From: an uncultured Gemmatimonadaceae bacterium
GTDB lineage: Bacteria; Gemmatimonadota; Gemmatimonadetes; Longimicrobiales; RSA9
Direction: 5' to 3'
NCBI GenBank assembly: GCA_964410055.1
Contig: CAYPGK010000004.1
Span: forward strand, 2,831 to 66,830
DNA: 64,000 nucleotides
The notes beneath the pieces were generated by a model, which saw only the letters and a program-made list of their open reading frames with translations, was not told where the DNA came from and did not search any database. A program made the translations under genes and the position numbers. Positions within the stretch are counted from its first letter, which is position 1. Each line of letters begins with the position of its first letter. Positions 11,960 through 21,385 of this stretch are shown here, piece by piece.

Positions 11960-11961
11960 CG

Positions 11962-13176
11962 TCACACCCTTTCCACCGAGAGAGCCACCGCATCGCCGCC
12001 ACCGAGGCACAGCGTGGCCAGGCCGCGGCTCGCATCACGATCCTTCAGAGCGTGGAGCAGCGTGGTCAGGATCCGGGCGCCGGACGCGCCGATCGGGTGG
12101 CCGAGCGCGACCGCGCCGCCGTGCACGTTGACCCGGTCCCAATCCCAGCCGAGCTCCTTGCCGTCGGCGAGCGCCTGGACGGCGAACGCCTCGTTCGCTT
12201 CGATCAGGTCATAGTCGCCGATCGAGGCACCTTCCTTCTCCATGACTCGCCGCACGGCGCGGACGGGCGCGAAGAACAGCTCGCGCGGCGCGACGGCGCC
12301 GGTCGAGTACGCGTTGATCCGCGCCAGGATCGGCAGCCCGTGCGCCTCGGCGTACGCCTGGCTCGCGACCACGAGCGCGGCGGCGCCGTCGTTCAGCCCG
12401 GGCGCATTCCCCGCCGTCACGACCGGATCGGTCACCTCCGGCGGCATGTCCGTGAGGAACGCCGGCTTCAGCTTGCCGAGCGCCTCGAGCGAGGTATCGC
12501 GGCGCGGCGGCTCGTCGGTGTCGATGACCGTCGTGCCCTTGCGCCCCGCGATCTCGACCGGGACGATCTCCTCGCGGAACTTGCCCGCGTCGATCGCGGC
12601 GATTGCCTTCTGGTGCGACTCGAGGGAGAAGCGGTCGGCCTCCTCCCGCGTGATCCCGGCCTTCCACGCCGTGTACTCCGCGTGCCCGCCCATGTGGCAC
12701 TGGCCGAAGGCGCACCACAGCCCGTCGTGGATCAGCCCATCGACGACCTGCTGCGTGCCGAACTTGATCCCGTCGCGGTAGCCGCGCAGGTAGTGCGGCG
12801 CGTTGGACATGGACTCCATCCCGCCCGCGACCATGAGGTGCGCATCGCCCGCGCGGATCGCCTGGGCGGCGAGCATGACCGCCATGAGCCCGGATCCGCA
12901 GACGCGGCTCACCGCCATGGCGCCGACGGACTCGGGCACGCCGCCGAGGATCGACGCCTGCCGGGCCGGCGCCTGTCCGAGCCCCGCAGAGACGACGTTG
13001 CCCATGATCACGTCCTCGATCTCGGCCGGGTCGATCCCCGCGCGCTCGATCGCCGCGCGGATCGCGATCCCGCCGAGCTCGGGCGCGGAGAGCGGGGCGA
13101 GCCCGCCGAGGAACCGACCGATCGGCGTACGCGCCGCGCCGACGATCACCGGTGTGCGTGCTGGATCTGCCATCAT
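11962..13176 (-). CDS. acetyl-CoA C-acetyltransferase (thiolase II)
   Basis: 404 aa; active-site region VSRVCGSGLMAV, NVHGGAVALGHPIGASGARIL and C-terminal CLGGGDAVAL. Confidence 0.95.
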   Translation of the reverse strand: MMADPARTPVIVGAARTPIGRFLGGLAPLSAPELGGIAIRAAIERAGIDPAEIEDVIMGNVVSAGLGQAPARQASILGGVPESVGAMAVSRVCGSGLMAVMLAAQAIRAGDAHLMVAGGMESMSNAPHYLRGYRDGIKFGTQQVVDGLIHDGLWCAFGQCHMGGHAEYTAWKAGITREEADRFSLESHQKAIAAIDAGKFREEIVPVEIAGRKGTTVIDTDEPPRRDTSLEALGKLKPAFLTDMPPEVTDPVVTAGNAPGLNDGAAALVVASQAYAEAHGLPILARINAYSTGAVAPRELFFAPVRAVRRVMEKEGASIGDYDLIEANEAFAVQALADGKELGWDWDRVNVHGGAVALGHPIGASGARILTTLLHALKDRDASRGLATLCLGGGDAVALSVERV

Positions 13177-13230
13177 CTATCTCCTGGGCTTCCCACGCCT
13201 TGGTCCATGGGCCCCGGTGCGGAGCCGCGG

Positions 13231-13259
13231 GAAAATACGGCCCCGTCCGCCGACGGGCC
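13231..13259 (-). terminator. probable intrinsic terminator after the rex-arcA-exonuclease-MBL operon
   Basis: Minus strand reads GGCCCGTC-GGCG-GACGGGGCC followed by GTATTTTC. It starts 12 nt after the MBL stop codon. Confidence 0.5.
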
Positions 13260-13270
13260 AGGGGCCGGGG

Positions 13271-14149
13271 CTACTCTTCGATCAACGTCGGCCGCTCCTC
13301 CTTCGGGTCGAGCCGGCCCCATGCCACGCGCGGGTCGTGCTCGAAGATGAGGAGCCAATCCTCCTCACGGGCGCGGCCGAGGAGCCACCGCTTGCTCTCC
13401 AGCGTGACGAGCGGCTCGACGTCGTACCCCATGATCCACGGGAGCGGCAGGTGCGCGGACGTCGGGACGACGTCGGCCAGGAAGCACGCCGTCTGCCCCT
13501 CCGAAGTCAGCACGACCGACTGGTGGTGCGGCGTGTGTCCCGGCGTCGGCACGAGCCGCACGCCGGGGAGCAGCTCGTGCTCGCCCTCGACGAAGTCGAA
13601 GAGGCCGGCCGCCTCGACCGGGTCGAAGTTGTGCGGCAGGTAGCTCGCGCGGATCCGCTCGTTCCTGACGTGCGCCCACTCCCACTCGCCGCGCTGGACC
13701 ACGTAACGCGCCTTCGGGAACGCGATCCGGACCTGTCCCTCCTCGTCGCGGTAGGTGTTGCCGCCCGCGTGGTCGAAGTGCAGGTGCGTGTCGATCACGT
13801 AGTCGACGTCGTCCGGCGAGAAGCCGGCGTCGCGGATCGCGTCCTCGAGACGCGTCGGCGAGCCGGCGTTCTCGATCCCGTAGATGCCGACGAACTTCTC
13901 GTCTTCCTTGTTCCCCGAGCCGTTGTCGATCAGGACGAGCGCATCCGGCGTCTCGACCAGGAGACAGCGCATGGCCAGCGGGATGCGGTTGCGCTCGTCG
14001 GCAGGGATGCGCCGCTCCCAGAGCGGCTTGGGCACCACGCCGAACATCGCACCGCCGTCCAGGCGCTGGAGCCCGGCCTCCAGTGCGTGCAGCCGGAATC
14101 GGCCCAGCTCGCGCGTGCGGCGCAGCGGCAGGTCGTCGACCGTCATCAT
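13271..14149 (-). CDS. MBL-fold metallo-hydrolase (AHL-lactonase-like HLHFDHAGG motif)
   Basis: 292 aa; DTHLHFDHAGGN metal-binding motif and downstream GHTPHH. Its start overlaps the stop of the upstream gene (ATGA, 14146-14149). Confidence 0.8.
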   Translation of the reverse strand: MMTVDDLPLRRTRELGRFRLHALEAGLQRLDGGAMFGVVPKPLWERRIPADERNRIPLAMRCLLVETPDALVLIDNGSGNKEDEKFVGIYGIENAGSPTRLEDAIRDAGFSPDDVDYVIDTHLHFDHAGGNTYRDEEGQVRIAFPKARYVVQRGEWEWAHVRNERIRASYLPHNFDPVEAAGLFDFVEGEHELLPGVRLVPTPGHTPHHQSVVLTSEGQTACFLADVVPTSAHLPLPWIMGYDVEPLVTLESKRWLLGRAREEDWLLIFEHDPRVAWGRLDPKEERPTLIEE

Positions 14150-14805
14150 ATACTCTCGATGGATCGGGGGAGCGCGCTCCGCTTGCGCCGGCGACGCCGG
14201 CTCGCCAGGAGCGTCTCCAGCTCGGCCCAGTTCGTGACTTCGTACCCCTCGGCCCGCTCCAGGAGCCGCATCAGGACCTCGACCGTGGCGCGCGCATCGC
14301 CGAAGGCGCGGTGCCGTGCGTCGTTGTCGATGCCGAAGTACTCGGAGAGCGAGCCCAGCGACCGGCTCGCGACCTCGGGGACCACGCGCCGGGCCAGCTT
14401 GACGGTGCAGAGGCGCCGCCCCGCCAGCCCCTCACCCGTTGCGCGCTCCAGTTCGTGGTGCAGGAAGCCCCAGTCGAAGGCGACGTTGTGCGCGACGAAC
14501 ACTCCGCCCGTGAGCAGTCGCCGGACCTCGCCGGCGATCTCGTCGAAGCGCGGCGCGTCACGCACCATCTCGTCCGTGATGTTGGTCAGTCGAGTGATGA
14601 AGGGGGGGATCGGCCGCTCGGGGTTCACCAGCGTCGTGAACTCCTCGAGGACCTCGCCGCTCCCACGCACGCGGATCGCGGCGACTTCGGTCACGCGGTC
14701 GCCGCGACCGGCACCGCCTCCCGTGGTCTCTACGTCGACGACGACGTACTCCAACGACCGGAGCGACTCCGCTCCGGCCGCACTCCCGTTCTCGGCTCCG
14801 TTCAC
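14146..14805 (-). CDS. DEDDh 3'-5' exonuclease (DnaQ/epsilon-like)
   Basis: ExoI VVVDVETTG, ExoII FVAHNVAFDWGFL, ExoIII HRAFGDARAT. GTGA overlap with the arcA stop at 14802-14805. Confidence 0.85.
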   Translation of the reverse strand: MNGAENGSAAGAESLRSLEYVVVDVETTGGGAGRGDRVTEVAAIRVRGSGEVLEEFTTLVNPERPIPPFITRLTNITDEMVRDAPRFDEIAGEVRRLLTGGVFVAHNVAFDWGFLHHELERATGEGLAGRRLCTVKLARRVVPEVASRSLGSLSEYFGIDNDARHRAFGDARATVEVLMRLLERAEGYEVTNWAELETLLASRRRRRKRSALPRSIESI

Positions 14806-16043
14806 CAGATGTCGTCTCGCATGATCGGTAGGGTCATGCAGCGTCCGCCGCCGCCGCCCCGCACCAGCTCCGCGCCCTCGAACGTGATGACCGCCTTCTC
14901 ATCCTCTTCGATCTCGACTTCCCCGGTCAGGAAGTCGATCGAGTTCACGATCCTGTAACCCGCTTCCCGCTCGAGCTCCGCGTACGTGTGCTCGTTGCGC
15001 GAGTAGCCCAGGACCAGCCCCGGCCGGACCGCAACGAAGTTGCACCCGCTCGACCACTGCTCCCGCTCCTGGAAGATGCGGCGGTTGCCGCCGCAGAACA
15101 CCGGCTCGAGCGGGAAGTCCACCTCACGCAGCGCCGCGAACAGGTTCGGCATCTCGCGCATCCCCCGGCGCCCCGCGCGGTAGTGCAGCACCGCGCACCG
15201 GTCCGGACCCACGAAGCTCGGCGGGAAGATCACGCAGCGGTCCCGGTCGATCATCGTGAAGATCATGTCCAGGTGGATCATCGCCCGGTCCGTCGGGAGC
15301 ACCACCACCAGGATGTCCGTCACGCCCGTCCGCACCAGGTTCTCCGCTATGGTGTCGAACGCGCCGGGGCTCGACCGCTGTGACAGACCCATCATCACCA
15401 GGTCCGGCCGCAGCACGTGCACATCGCCGCCTTCGATCGTGTACCCGGCCCGCCGCTCTTCGCTCCCGTCGTAGATCAGTCCGGCGTTCCCCAGCATCGG
15501 GTGATACGTGAAGAGCGCCTTCATTAGGATCTCCTCCGTCCACCGGACGGTGTACTTCATCGATCCGATGATGACGCCCTCGTTGACCACCATCGCCGCG
15601 TCGCGAGTGAAGAACAGGTTCGGCAGCGGCGGCAGGTCGTACGTCGCCGTGTTCAACACCTCCTGGAGCGGGCCCTCCTCCGCCTCCCGTCCCTCGATGA
15701 AGAGCGAAACCAGATCCGACGCCGGGATCTCCAGGAGCTGGCGCGCCAGCGGCTCCGAACGCGCCACGTCCATCACACGCTCGATCAGGAACGGCCGCAC
15801 CTCCGGCAGGTCTGCGATCTCTTCCAACAGGTCACGGACTTCGTAGACCTCACAGAACCGCGACAGGATCGCCTTGAACCGGTGATGCTCCTTGCGCCCG
15901 AGCTCGAGGTCGATGATGTCGTCGTAGAGGAAGTCCTGACGCGTCGACGGTGTGACCGCCAGCAGCTCCGCACCCGGCGAATGGCAGATCACGCCGCGGA
16001 GCCGACCGATCTCCGATGTCACCCGAACCCTCGAGGTCTCCAT
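14802..16043 (-). CDS. arcA: arginine deiminase family protein
   Basis: 413 aa with an ADI-like N-terminus (VTSEIGRLRGVICHSPG) and the C-terminal catalytic Cys motif GGGGGRCMTLPIMR. Confidence 0.8.
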   Translation of the reverse strand: METSRVRVTSEIGRLRGVICHSPGAELLAVTPSTRQDFLYDDIIDLELGRKEHHRFKAILSRFCEVYEVRDLLEEIADLPEVRPFLIERVMDVARSEPLARQLLEIPASDLVSLFIEGREAEEGPLQEVLNTATYDLPPLPNLFFTRDAAMVVNEGVIIGSMKYTVRWTEEILMKALFTYHPMLGNAGLIYDGSEERRAGYTIEGGDVHVLRPDLVMMGLSQRSSPGAFDTIAENLVRTGVTDILVVVLPTDRAMIHLDMIFTMIDRDRCVIFPPSFVGPDRCAVLHYRAGRRGMREMPNLFAALREVDFPLEPVFCGGNRRIFQEREQWSSGCNFVAVRPGLVLGYSRNEHTYAELEREAGYRIVNSIDFLTGEVEIEEDEKAVITFEGAELVRGGGGGRCMTLPIMRDDIW

Positions 16044-16052
16044 GCCACCCCC

Positions 16053-16718
16053 TCACTCTTCCGCTCTGCGACCCGTCGACGCCCCACGGCGCCGAACGGC
16101 ACCGCTCGCCAGGGCGTACGACAACCCCTCCATCTCTACTGCCATGTTCACGTTCTTCAGCGCCACACCGTCCGGGACCCGCAACTGCACTGGCGCGAAG
16201 TTCAGGATCCCGCGCACCCCCGCCCGCACGACACGATCCACCAGACCCTGCGCCGCCGACGCCGGAACCGCAAGGATCACGATGTCGATCGAGCGCTCCG
16301 AGAGCCCCGCCTCCAGCTCCCGCTCCGAGCGCACCTCGATACCGTCCCACCGCTGCCCGATCTTTGCCGGGTCCGCGTCGAAGACCGCCTCGATGTGAAA
16401 GCCCTGACGCCGGAAATCCTGGTAGCCGTACAACGCCTGGCCGATCTTCCCCGCACCCACCAGCGCCACGCGCCACGTACGGACCAGCCCCAGGATCGAG
16501 CGCAATTCCTCGACCAGCTCGGGTACCGAGTACCCCAATCCCCGCTTCCCGAACGTACCGAACTGCGACAGGTCCTTCCGCACCTGCGCCGCCGTCGTCC
16601 CCGACCTACGCGCGAGCTCCTCGCTCGAGATCGTCGCCACACCGCCATCGAGGCATTCTACGAGCACGCGCAGGTAGACCGAAAGCCGGCCAACCGTCGG
16701 TTCCGCCACCTTCTTCAT
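16053..16718 (-). CDS. rex: redox-sensing transcriptional repressor Rex
   Basis: 221 aa; winged-helix SSEELARRSGTTAAQVRKDLSQFGTFGKRGLGY and the NADH Rossmann loop VALVGAGKIGQAL. Confidence 0.93.
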   Translation of the reverse strand: MKKVAEPTVGRLSVYLRVLVECLDGGVATISSEELARRSGTTAAQVRKDLSQFGTFGKRGLGYSVPELVEELRSILGLVRTWRVALVGAGKIGQALYGYQDFRRQGFHIEAVFDADPAKIGQRWDGIEVRSERELEAGLSERSIDIVILAVPASAAQGLVDRVVRAGVRGILNFAPVQLRVPDGVALKNVNMAVEMEGLSYALASGAVRRRGASTGRRAEE

Positions 16719-16752
16719 CTCTGATGCAGGACAGACAAGACTCGGGGGGCAC

Positions 16753-16770
16753 TTGTGAAAGCATTCACAA
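16753..16770. promoter_or_regulatory. Rex operator (ROP box)
   Basis: TTGTGAAAGCATTCACAA is a perfect match to the palindromic Rex consensus TTGTGAA-N4-TTCACAA. It lies 35-52 nt upstream of the rex start codon in a locally AT-rich spacer. Confidence 0.85.
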
Positions 16771-16775
16771 ACAAA

Positions 16776-17570
16776 CTACGTGACGGCGACGATGGCGTCA
16801 ATGCGATTCGCGGATGGGATGTGGATCCGGAGCGCGGTCGACGGGCCGTCCGGCACGAAGACCAGCTCGGCGCCGAGGAGCCGGGCGAGGCGGGTGGCCA
16901 GGTCGATCCTGAGCCCGCGGCGAGTCGAGTCGTCCGGTCCGTAAGGCTCGAGCGGGCAGTCGGGGATGTCGAGGATGAAACCGCTGCCATCGGCGGGTCG
17001 GGCACGGATCCGGATCGGCTTTCCGCCGGCGGCGTGAGCGATGGCGTCGAGGGTGAGTCGGACGAGGAGACGCAGGCGGTCGGGATCGGCCTCGATCCGG
17101 CCGAGCTCGCCATCGACGTGGAGCTGGCAGGCGGAGGGGCGCTCGCTGCCCTCGGGCCGCGGCCGAGCGGCCAGCTGCTGCAGGATGTCGCCGGGATCGC
17201 AGGCCGCGGCGTGGAGCCGCTCCTCGCCGGATTCGAGGCGGGAGACGTCGACCACGGCGTCGATGAGGTAGAGGAGCTCTCTCGCGGCGCGGGCGATGCG
17301 CCCGAGCGCGTCCCTGCCCCGCTCGGGCACATCGCCGAAGATGCCATCGGCGAGGAGCTCCTGGTAGCCGATGATGATGCTGAGCGGGCTTCGCAGGTCG
17401 TGGCTCAGCGCCGAAAGGAGGCGGCGCCGTCCGTCCTCGGCGCATTGCGCCTGGAGACGTTCCTCTTCGAGGCGGCGGTGGAGCTCGGCCGTGCGGCGTC
17501 GGGCGCGTACGAGGGCGGCCGCGAGGACGAGCGTCGCGAGGAGCAGTGCCGTCGTCAGCAGGGATGTCAT
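16776..17570 (-). CDS. membrane-anchored histidine kinase-like protein with degenerate ATP-binding domain
   Basis: One N-terminal TM helix, a coiled segment and the H-box LSALSHDLRSPLS. The C-terminal domain lacks canonical N/G1/G2 boxes (LDAIAHA, ILDIPDCP, RRGLRIDLA). Confidence 0.7.
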   Translation of the reverse strand: MTSLLTTALLLATLVLAAALVRARRRTAELHRRLEEERLQAQCAEDGRRRLLSALSHDLRSPLSIIIGYQELLADGIFGDVPERGRDALGRIARAARELLYLIDAVVDVSRLESGEERLHAAACDPGDILQQLAARPRPEGSERPSACQLHVDGELGRIEADPDRLRLLVRLTLDAIAHAAGGKPIRIRARPADGSGFILDIPDCPLEPYGPDDSTRRGLRIDLATRLARLLGAELVFVPDGPSTALRIHIPSANRIDAIVAVT

Positions 17571-17581
17571 GTGGCCCTGGC

Positions 17582-18904
17582 TCAGAGGAGCTGAGGCGAG
17601 TGGTCGAGTCGACCCACCTCCTCGGCGGCCCAGTCGCGGCGCTCGTCGGAAACGGGGCGGAGGATGAAGTATGCGATGACGACGCCCCCGAGGAGCGTAG
17701 TGACGGCGGCGGGCCTGCCGAGCCCCAGCCCGTCGGCGACGAAGGCCCAGATGAGCGGCCCGGCGATGGCGGAGAAGCGTCCGACCATGCCGTAGAGGCC
17801 GTAGAACTCGCCGATGCGCGCGGGCGGCGTGAGGCGGAGCATGTAGGGCCGGTCGGCGGCCCAGGTCCCGCCGAGCGCGATCCCGGCGACGATCGGCACG
17901 GGCCAGAAGAAGACCGGCGGCAGGCCGAGGAAGCCGAAGGCGGCGGTGGCCGCGAAGACGGCCATCCAGGTGAAGAGTACGCGGTCGAGCGCGCGCTTCG
18001 GCCCGATCCGGTCGACCACCTTCCCCCAGATGAAGCCGCCGATGACTGCGGCGATCGTCGCGACGACGAGGACGAGCGACGCCTCATCGGTCGAGAAGCC
18101 GACGTCGTTGGTCACGTAGACGCCGAGGAAGGCGATCACGGTGTAGACGGCGTCGGCGTAGAAGACGCGCCCGACGAGGAAGCGGAGCAGCCCCGGGAAG
18201 CGGCGTCCGGTGCGGACGGTCTCCGCGACCTGCCGTGCGGCGGCGCCGACGGAGGCGATGGTGAACTTGCGGTCGCGGCGTCGCTCGCGCACGAAGAGGA
18301 AGCACGGCAGCGCGAAGAGGAGGAAGAGGATCGCGGTGACGCGGAAGACGAGTGCGTATCGCTCGGTCTGTGCCGCCTGGGGCAGCGTGTCCACGCCGGC
18401 CAGGATCGCGCGGCCGACCAGGATCCCGATCAGCCCGCCGAGGTAACCGACGCCGATGCCGATCCCGCCGATCCGCCCGCGGTTCTCCTCCGTGCTGACC
18501 TCGGGGAGGAGCGCGTCGTAGAACTGGAGCCCCGCCTGATAGCCGATGTTGGCGATCGCGAAGAAGACCAGCGAGCGGGCGAGGCTTTCGGTGCCGAGGA
18601 AGAAGGTCAGCCCGACGCAGATGAGGGTCGACGCGACGAGGAACGGCATGCGCCGGGGCGCCTGGTCGGTCAGCGCGCCGAGGAACGGCGAGGCGATGAA
18701 GATGACCGCCATCGACAGGCTGTTCGCCAGGCTCCACGCCGTGTCGCTCGCGCCCATGACGTTGATGACCCAGAGTGCGAGGAACATCGAGGCGATGTTC
18801 ATCGAGAAGATCGTGTTGGCCAGGTCGTAGAGGACCCAGCCCGTCACGGCCGCGCGGGAGGCGCGGGGCGCAGGGCCGGCAACGGCGTGTTCGGAGCTGT
18901 GCAT
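17582..18904 (-). CDS. MFS transporter (UMF1/Atg22-like)
   Basis: 440 aa polytopic protein; N-terminal WVLYDLANTIFSMNI is typical of the UMF1 family. Confidence 0.8.
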   Translation of the reverse strand: MHSSEHAVAGPAPRASRAAVTGWVLYDLANTIFSMNIASMFLALWVINVMGASDTAWSLANSLSMAVIFIASPFLGALTDQAPRRMPFLVASTLICVGLTFFLGTESLARSLVFFAIANIGYQAGLQFYDALLPEVSTEENRGRIGGIGIGVGYLGGLIGILVGRAILAGVDTLPQAAQTERYALVFRVTAILFLLFALPCFLFVRERRRDRKFTIASVGAAARQVAETVRTGRRFPGLLRFLVGRVFYADAVYTVIAFLGVYVTNDVGFSTDEASLVLVVATIAAVIGGFIWGKVVDRIGPKRALDRVLFTWMAVFAATAAFGFLGLPPVFFWPVPIVAGIALGGTWAADRPYMLRLTPPARIGEFYGLYGMVGRFSAIAGPLIWAFVADGLGLGRPAAVTTLLGGVVIAYFILRPVSDERRDWAAEEVGRLDHSPQLL

Positions 18905-18939
18905 GGGGTCTCGTCCCGTCTGGGTTGTCCAGGCGACGT

Positions 18940-19785
18940 CTACTCGGCCGCCGTGTCGGCCGCGGCGTGGTCCGTCGGGAATCCCGCGGCGCGGAGGGCG
19001 CGAGAGAGGCGGATGAACGCCTCCGGCTCGAGCGACTCGGGTCTGGCGGTCGGCTCGATCCCGGCCTCGCGGCCGACGGCGGCCACGGTCTCCGCGTCGA
19101 GGCCGTACCCGGGCGCGGAGCGGAGGATCTTCTGGAGCTGCTTCCTGCGCCAGGAGAACGCCGTGCGCGTGAGCGCGCGCAGGTCGCGCTCCTCCTCCAC
19201 GGAGAGCGGCGGCGGGTGGTACGGCGTGATCCGGATCACCGCCGAATCCACGTCCGGAACGGGGCGGAACGCGCCGCGCCCGACCGTGAAGAGCCGCTCG
19301 ACGGCCGCCACCGCGCGCACGCCCACGGAGAGTGCGCCGTAGGCCTTCCCGCCCGGCTCCGCCATGATCCGGTCGGCCACCTCCTTCTGGATCATGAGCA
19401 CGATGCGCGCGGGTCGGACCGGCCGCTCGAGCAGCCAGAAGATCAGCGGCGATGTGATGTTGTAGGGGATGTTGCCCACCACCTTGAGAGCGGACACATC
19501 CTCGGCCAGCGCTTCCAGATCCTGCTCCAGCGCGTTGCCGTGCACGATCTCCACGCCCGGCACGCCGTCGAATTCCCGGCGCAGGGCGACGACGAGCTCG
19601 TCATCGAGCTCGATGGCGATGAGGCGCCGCACGGCTCCGGCGAGGTGTCGCGTGAGCGCGCCGGTGCCGGGTCCGATCTCGAGCACTTCGTCGCCGGGGC
19701 CGGCGCCGACCGCCTCCACGATCTTGCGCTGGAGGTTGGGATCGATCAGGAAATTCTGACCTAACGAGCGCTTGGCCCGGGCCAT
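18940..19785 (-). CDS. rsmA: 16S rRNA (adenine1518/1519-N6)-dimethyltransferase
   Basis: Starts MARAKRSLGQNFLIDPN at ATG 19785; SAM motif VLEIGPGTGALT and NIPYNITSP. The longer track ORF N-terminus is a GC artefact overlapping the upstream gene. Confidence 0.92.
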   Translation of the reverse strand: MARAKRSLGQNFLIDPNLQRKIVEAVGAGPGDEVLEIGPGTGALTRHLAGAVRRLIAIELDDELVVALRREFDGVPGVEIVHGNALEQDLEALAEDVSALKVVGNIPYNITSPLIFWLLERPVRPARIVLMIQKEVADRIMAEPGGKAYGALSVGVRAVAAVERLFTVGRGAFRPVPDVDSAVIRITPYHPPPLSVEEERDLRALTRTAFSWRRKQLQKILRSAPGYGLDAETVAAVGREAGIEPTARPESLEPEAFIRLSRALRAAGFPTDHAAADTAAE

Positions 19786-19789
19786 CGGG

Positions 19790-21385
19790 TCAGGTCGTGA
19801 GCAGTACGGCGGTCCGGTCGTCCTGCGGAACGGCCGGCCGGGCCTGCCGCGCGATGCGGAACAGGTGGTCGAGGATCTCGCGGGGCGAGCGGCTGCGCAT
19901 GCGTGCGACTTCGGCGAGGAGCCGGTTCTCGCCGGCCACGCCGCCCGTCGGCGCGAAGGAGTCGGAGAGCCCGTCCGTGAAGAGGCAGAGCATGTCCGCA
20001 CCCGAGCGCCAGGCGACGACGCCCTCGTCGAACGTCTCGCCCGGCTGCGTGCCGAGCGGCGGACTCGTCGCGCCGAGCCGCTCGGCGCAGCCCTGCTCGT
20101 CGATCAGGAACGCGTGCGGGTGGCCCGCGTTCGCGTAGCGCAGCGTCCCCGCCTCCGGGTCGACGACGCCGTAGAAGAGCGAAAGGTGCATCTCCGTCGA
20201 CTCGAGCTCGTCGATCAGCGCCTCGTGCAGGCGCCGGAGCACCTCGCCCGGCGGCCCGGCGTCCTGGGCGTAGATCGCGGCGGCGCTCATGACCATGGCC
20301 ATGATGAGCGCTGCCGAGAAACCGTGGCTCGAGACATCGCCGATCATGACGCCGATGCGGTCGCCCGAGAGCCGGAAGAGGTGGTAGAAGTCGCCACCGA
20401 CGGACTCGGCGGGGACGCATCGCGCGGCCACGTCGATGCCATTGAAGCCGGAAGCGTCCGGGAGCAGCTTGAGCTGGAGGTGGTGGGCCAGCTCGAGCTC
20501 GCGCTCGAGCCGCTCGCGCCGGACGCTCTCGGCCATGAGCCGGTGCGTCTCGAGCGCGGCGCCGACCTGACTCGCGATCGCCGTGAGCAGCCGCGCATCG
20601 CCCGCCGTGAAGCGCACATTCGTCCTCCGGCCGACCAGCGTGATCACGCCGATCGTGCGCGACTGTCCATTGCGGGGCGTGAAGTTGATCGGGACCGAGA
20701 GGAACGCCTCCTGCCCCTGCGGGCGCGGATCCATCGTCGTGGTCCGGGGCAGCCGCTTGCCTCGCTCCACGTTGACCAGCTTCCGCTCGCGGAAGACGAG
20801 GGCCGTGACCGAATCCGGATCGTCGATCGGGATCGGCCCGCTGAGCCCTTGCTCGCCCACCGCGGCGGCCAGGTGCAGCGCGTTGTCGGTCGTGTCGAGG
20901 ACCCAGAGCGAAGCGCGCTTGGCCGCGAGCACGTCCGCGACGTCGCTCAGGATGCGGTGCGCCGCCGCGTCGAACGAGACCTCGGTGCCCAGCACCTCGC
21001 TGATCGAGTAGAGGAGGTTGATCTCCTCGTAGCGCTCGCTCAGCTCCCGCGCCGCCGACCGCGCCTCGCCCTCGTAGCGGAGCACGGCAGCGAGCGAGTC
21101 GACCAGGAACTCGGCCGTGGACGCGCTGCCGTCGAGGCCATCGATCTCGACCAGTAGGGACGGGCCGTCGTCGCCCGGGCCGAGCGCGCGGCAGATGGCG
21201 TGCTCGGACGGCTCACGGTTGCAGGGGCTTTCGGCCGGGTGAAGGCGCTCCGTGCGCTCGCCGTCGCGCTTCCAGACCCAGACCTCCACGCCCGGCTGCG
21301 CGCGACGGAACGAATCGAGGACGCCGAAAGCGGCACGAGGGAGCCGGACGGCTTCTTCGAGGGCGCGGTCGATCACTGCGCCCAC
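19790..21385 (-). CDS. GAF domain-containing PP2C/SpoIIE-family serine phosphatase (RsbU-like)
   Basis: 531 aa with a central GAF-like region and a C-terminal PP2C domain (VGGDFYHLF, GDVSSHG, LFTDGL, DDRTAVLL). Confidence 0.85.
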   Translation of the reverse strand: MGAVIDRALEEAVRLPRAAFGVLDSFRRAQPGVEVWVWKRDGERTERLHPAESPCNREPSEHAICRALGPGDDGPSLLVEIDGLDGSASTAEFLVDSLAAVLRYEGEARSAARELSERYEEINLLYSISEVLGTEVSFDAAAHRILSDVADVLAAKRASLWVLDTTDNALHLAAAVGEQGLSGPIPIDDPDSVTALVFRERKLVNVERGKRLPRTTTMDPRPQGQEAFLSVPINFTPRNGQSRTIGVITLVGRRTNVRFTAGDARLLTAIASQVGAALETHRLMAESVRRERLERELELAHHLQLKLLPDASGFNGIDVAARCVPAESVGGDFYHLFRLSGDRIGVMIGDVSSHGFSAALIMAMVMSAAAIYAQDAGPPGEVLRRLHEALIDELESTEMHLSLFYGVVDPEAGTLRYANAGHPHAFLIDEQGCAERLGATSPPLGTQPGETFDEGVVAWRSGADMLCLFTDGLSDSFAPTGGVAGENRLLAEVARMRSRSPREILDHLFRIARQARPAVPQDDRTAVLLTT

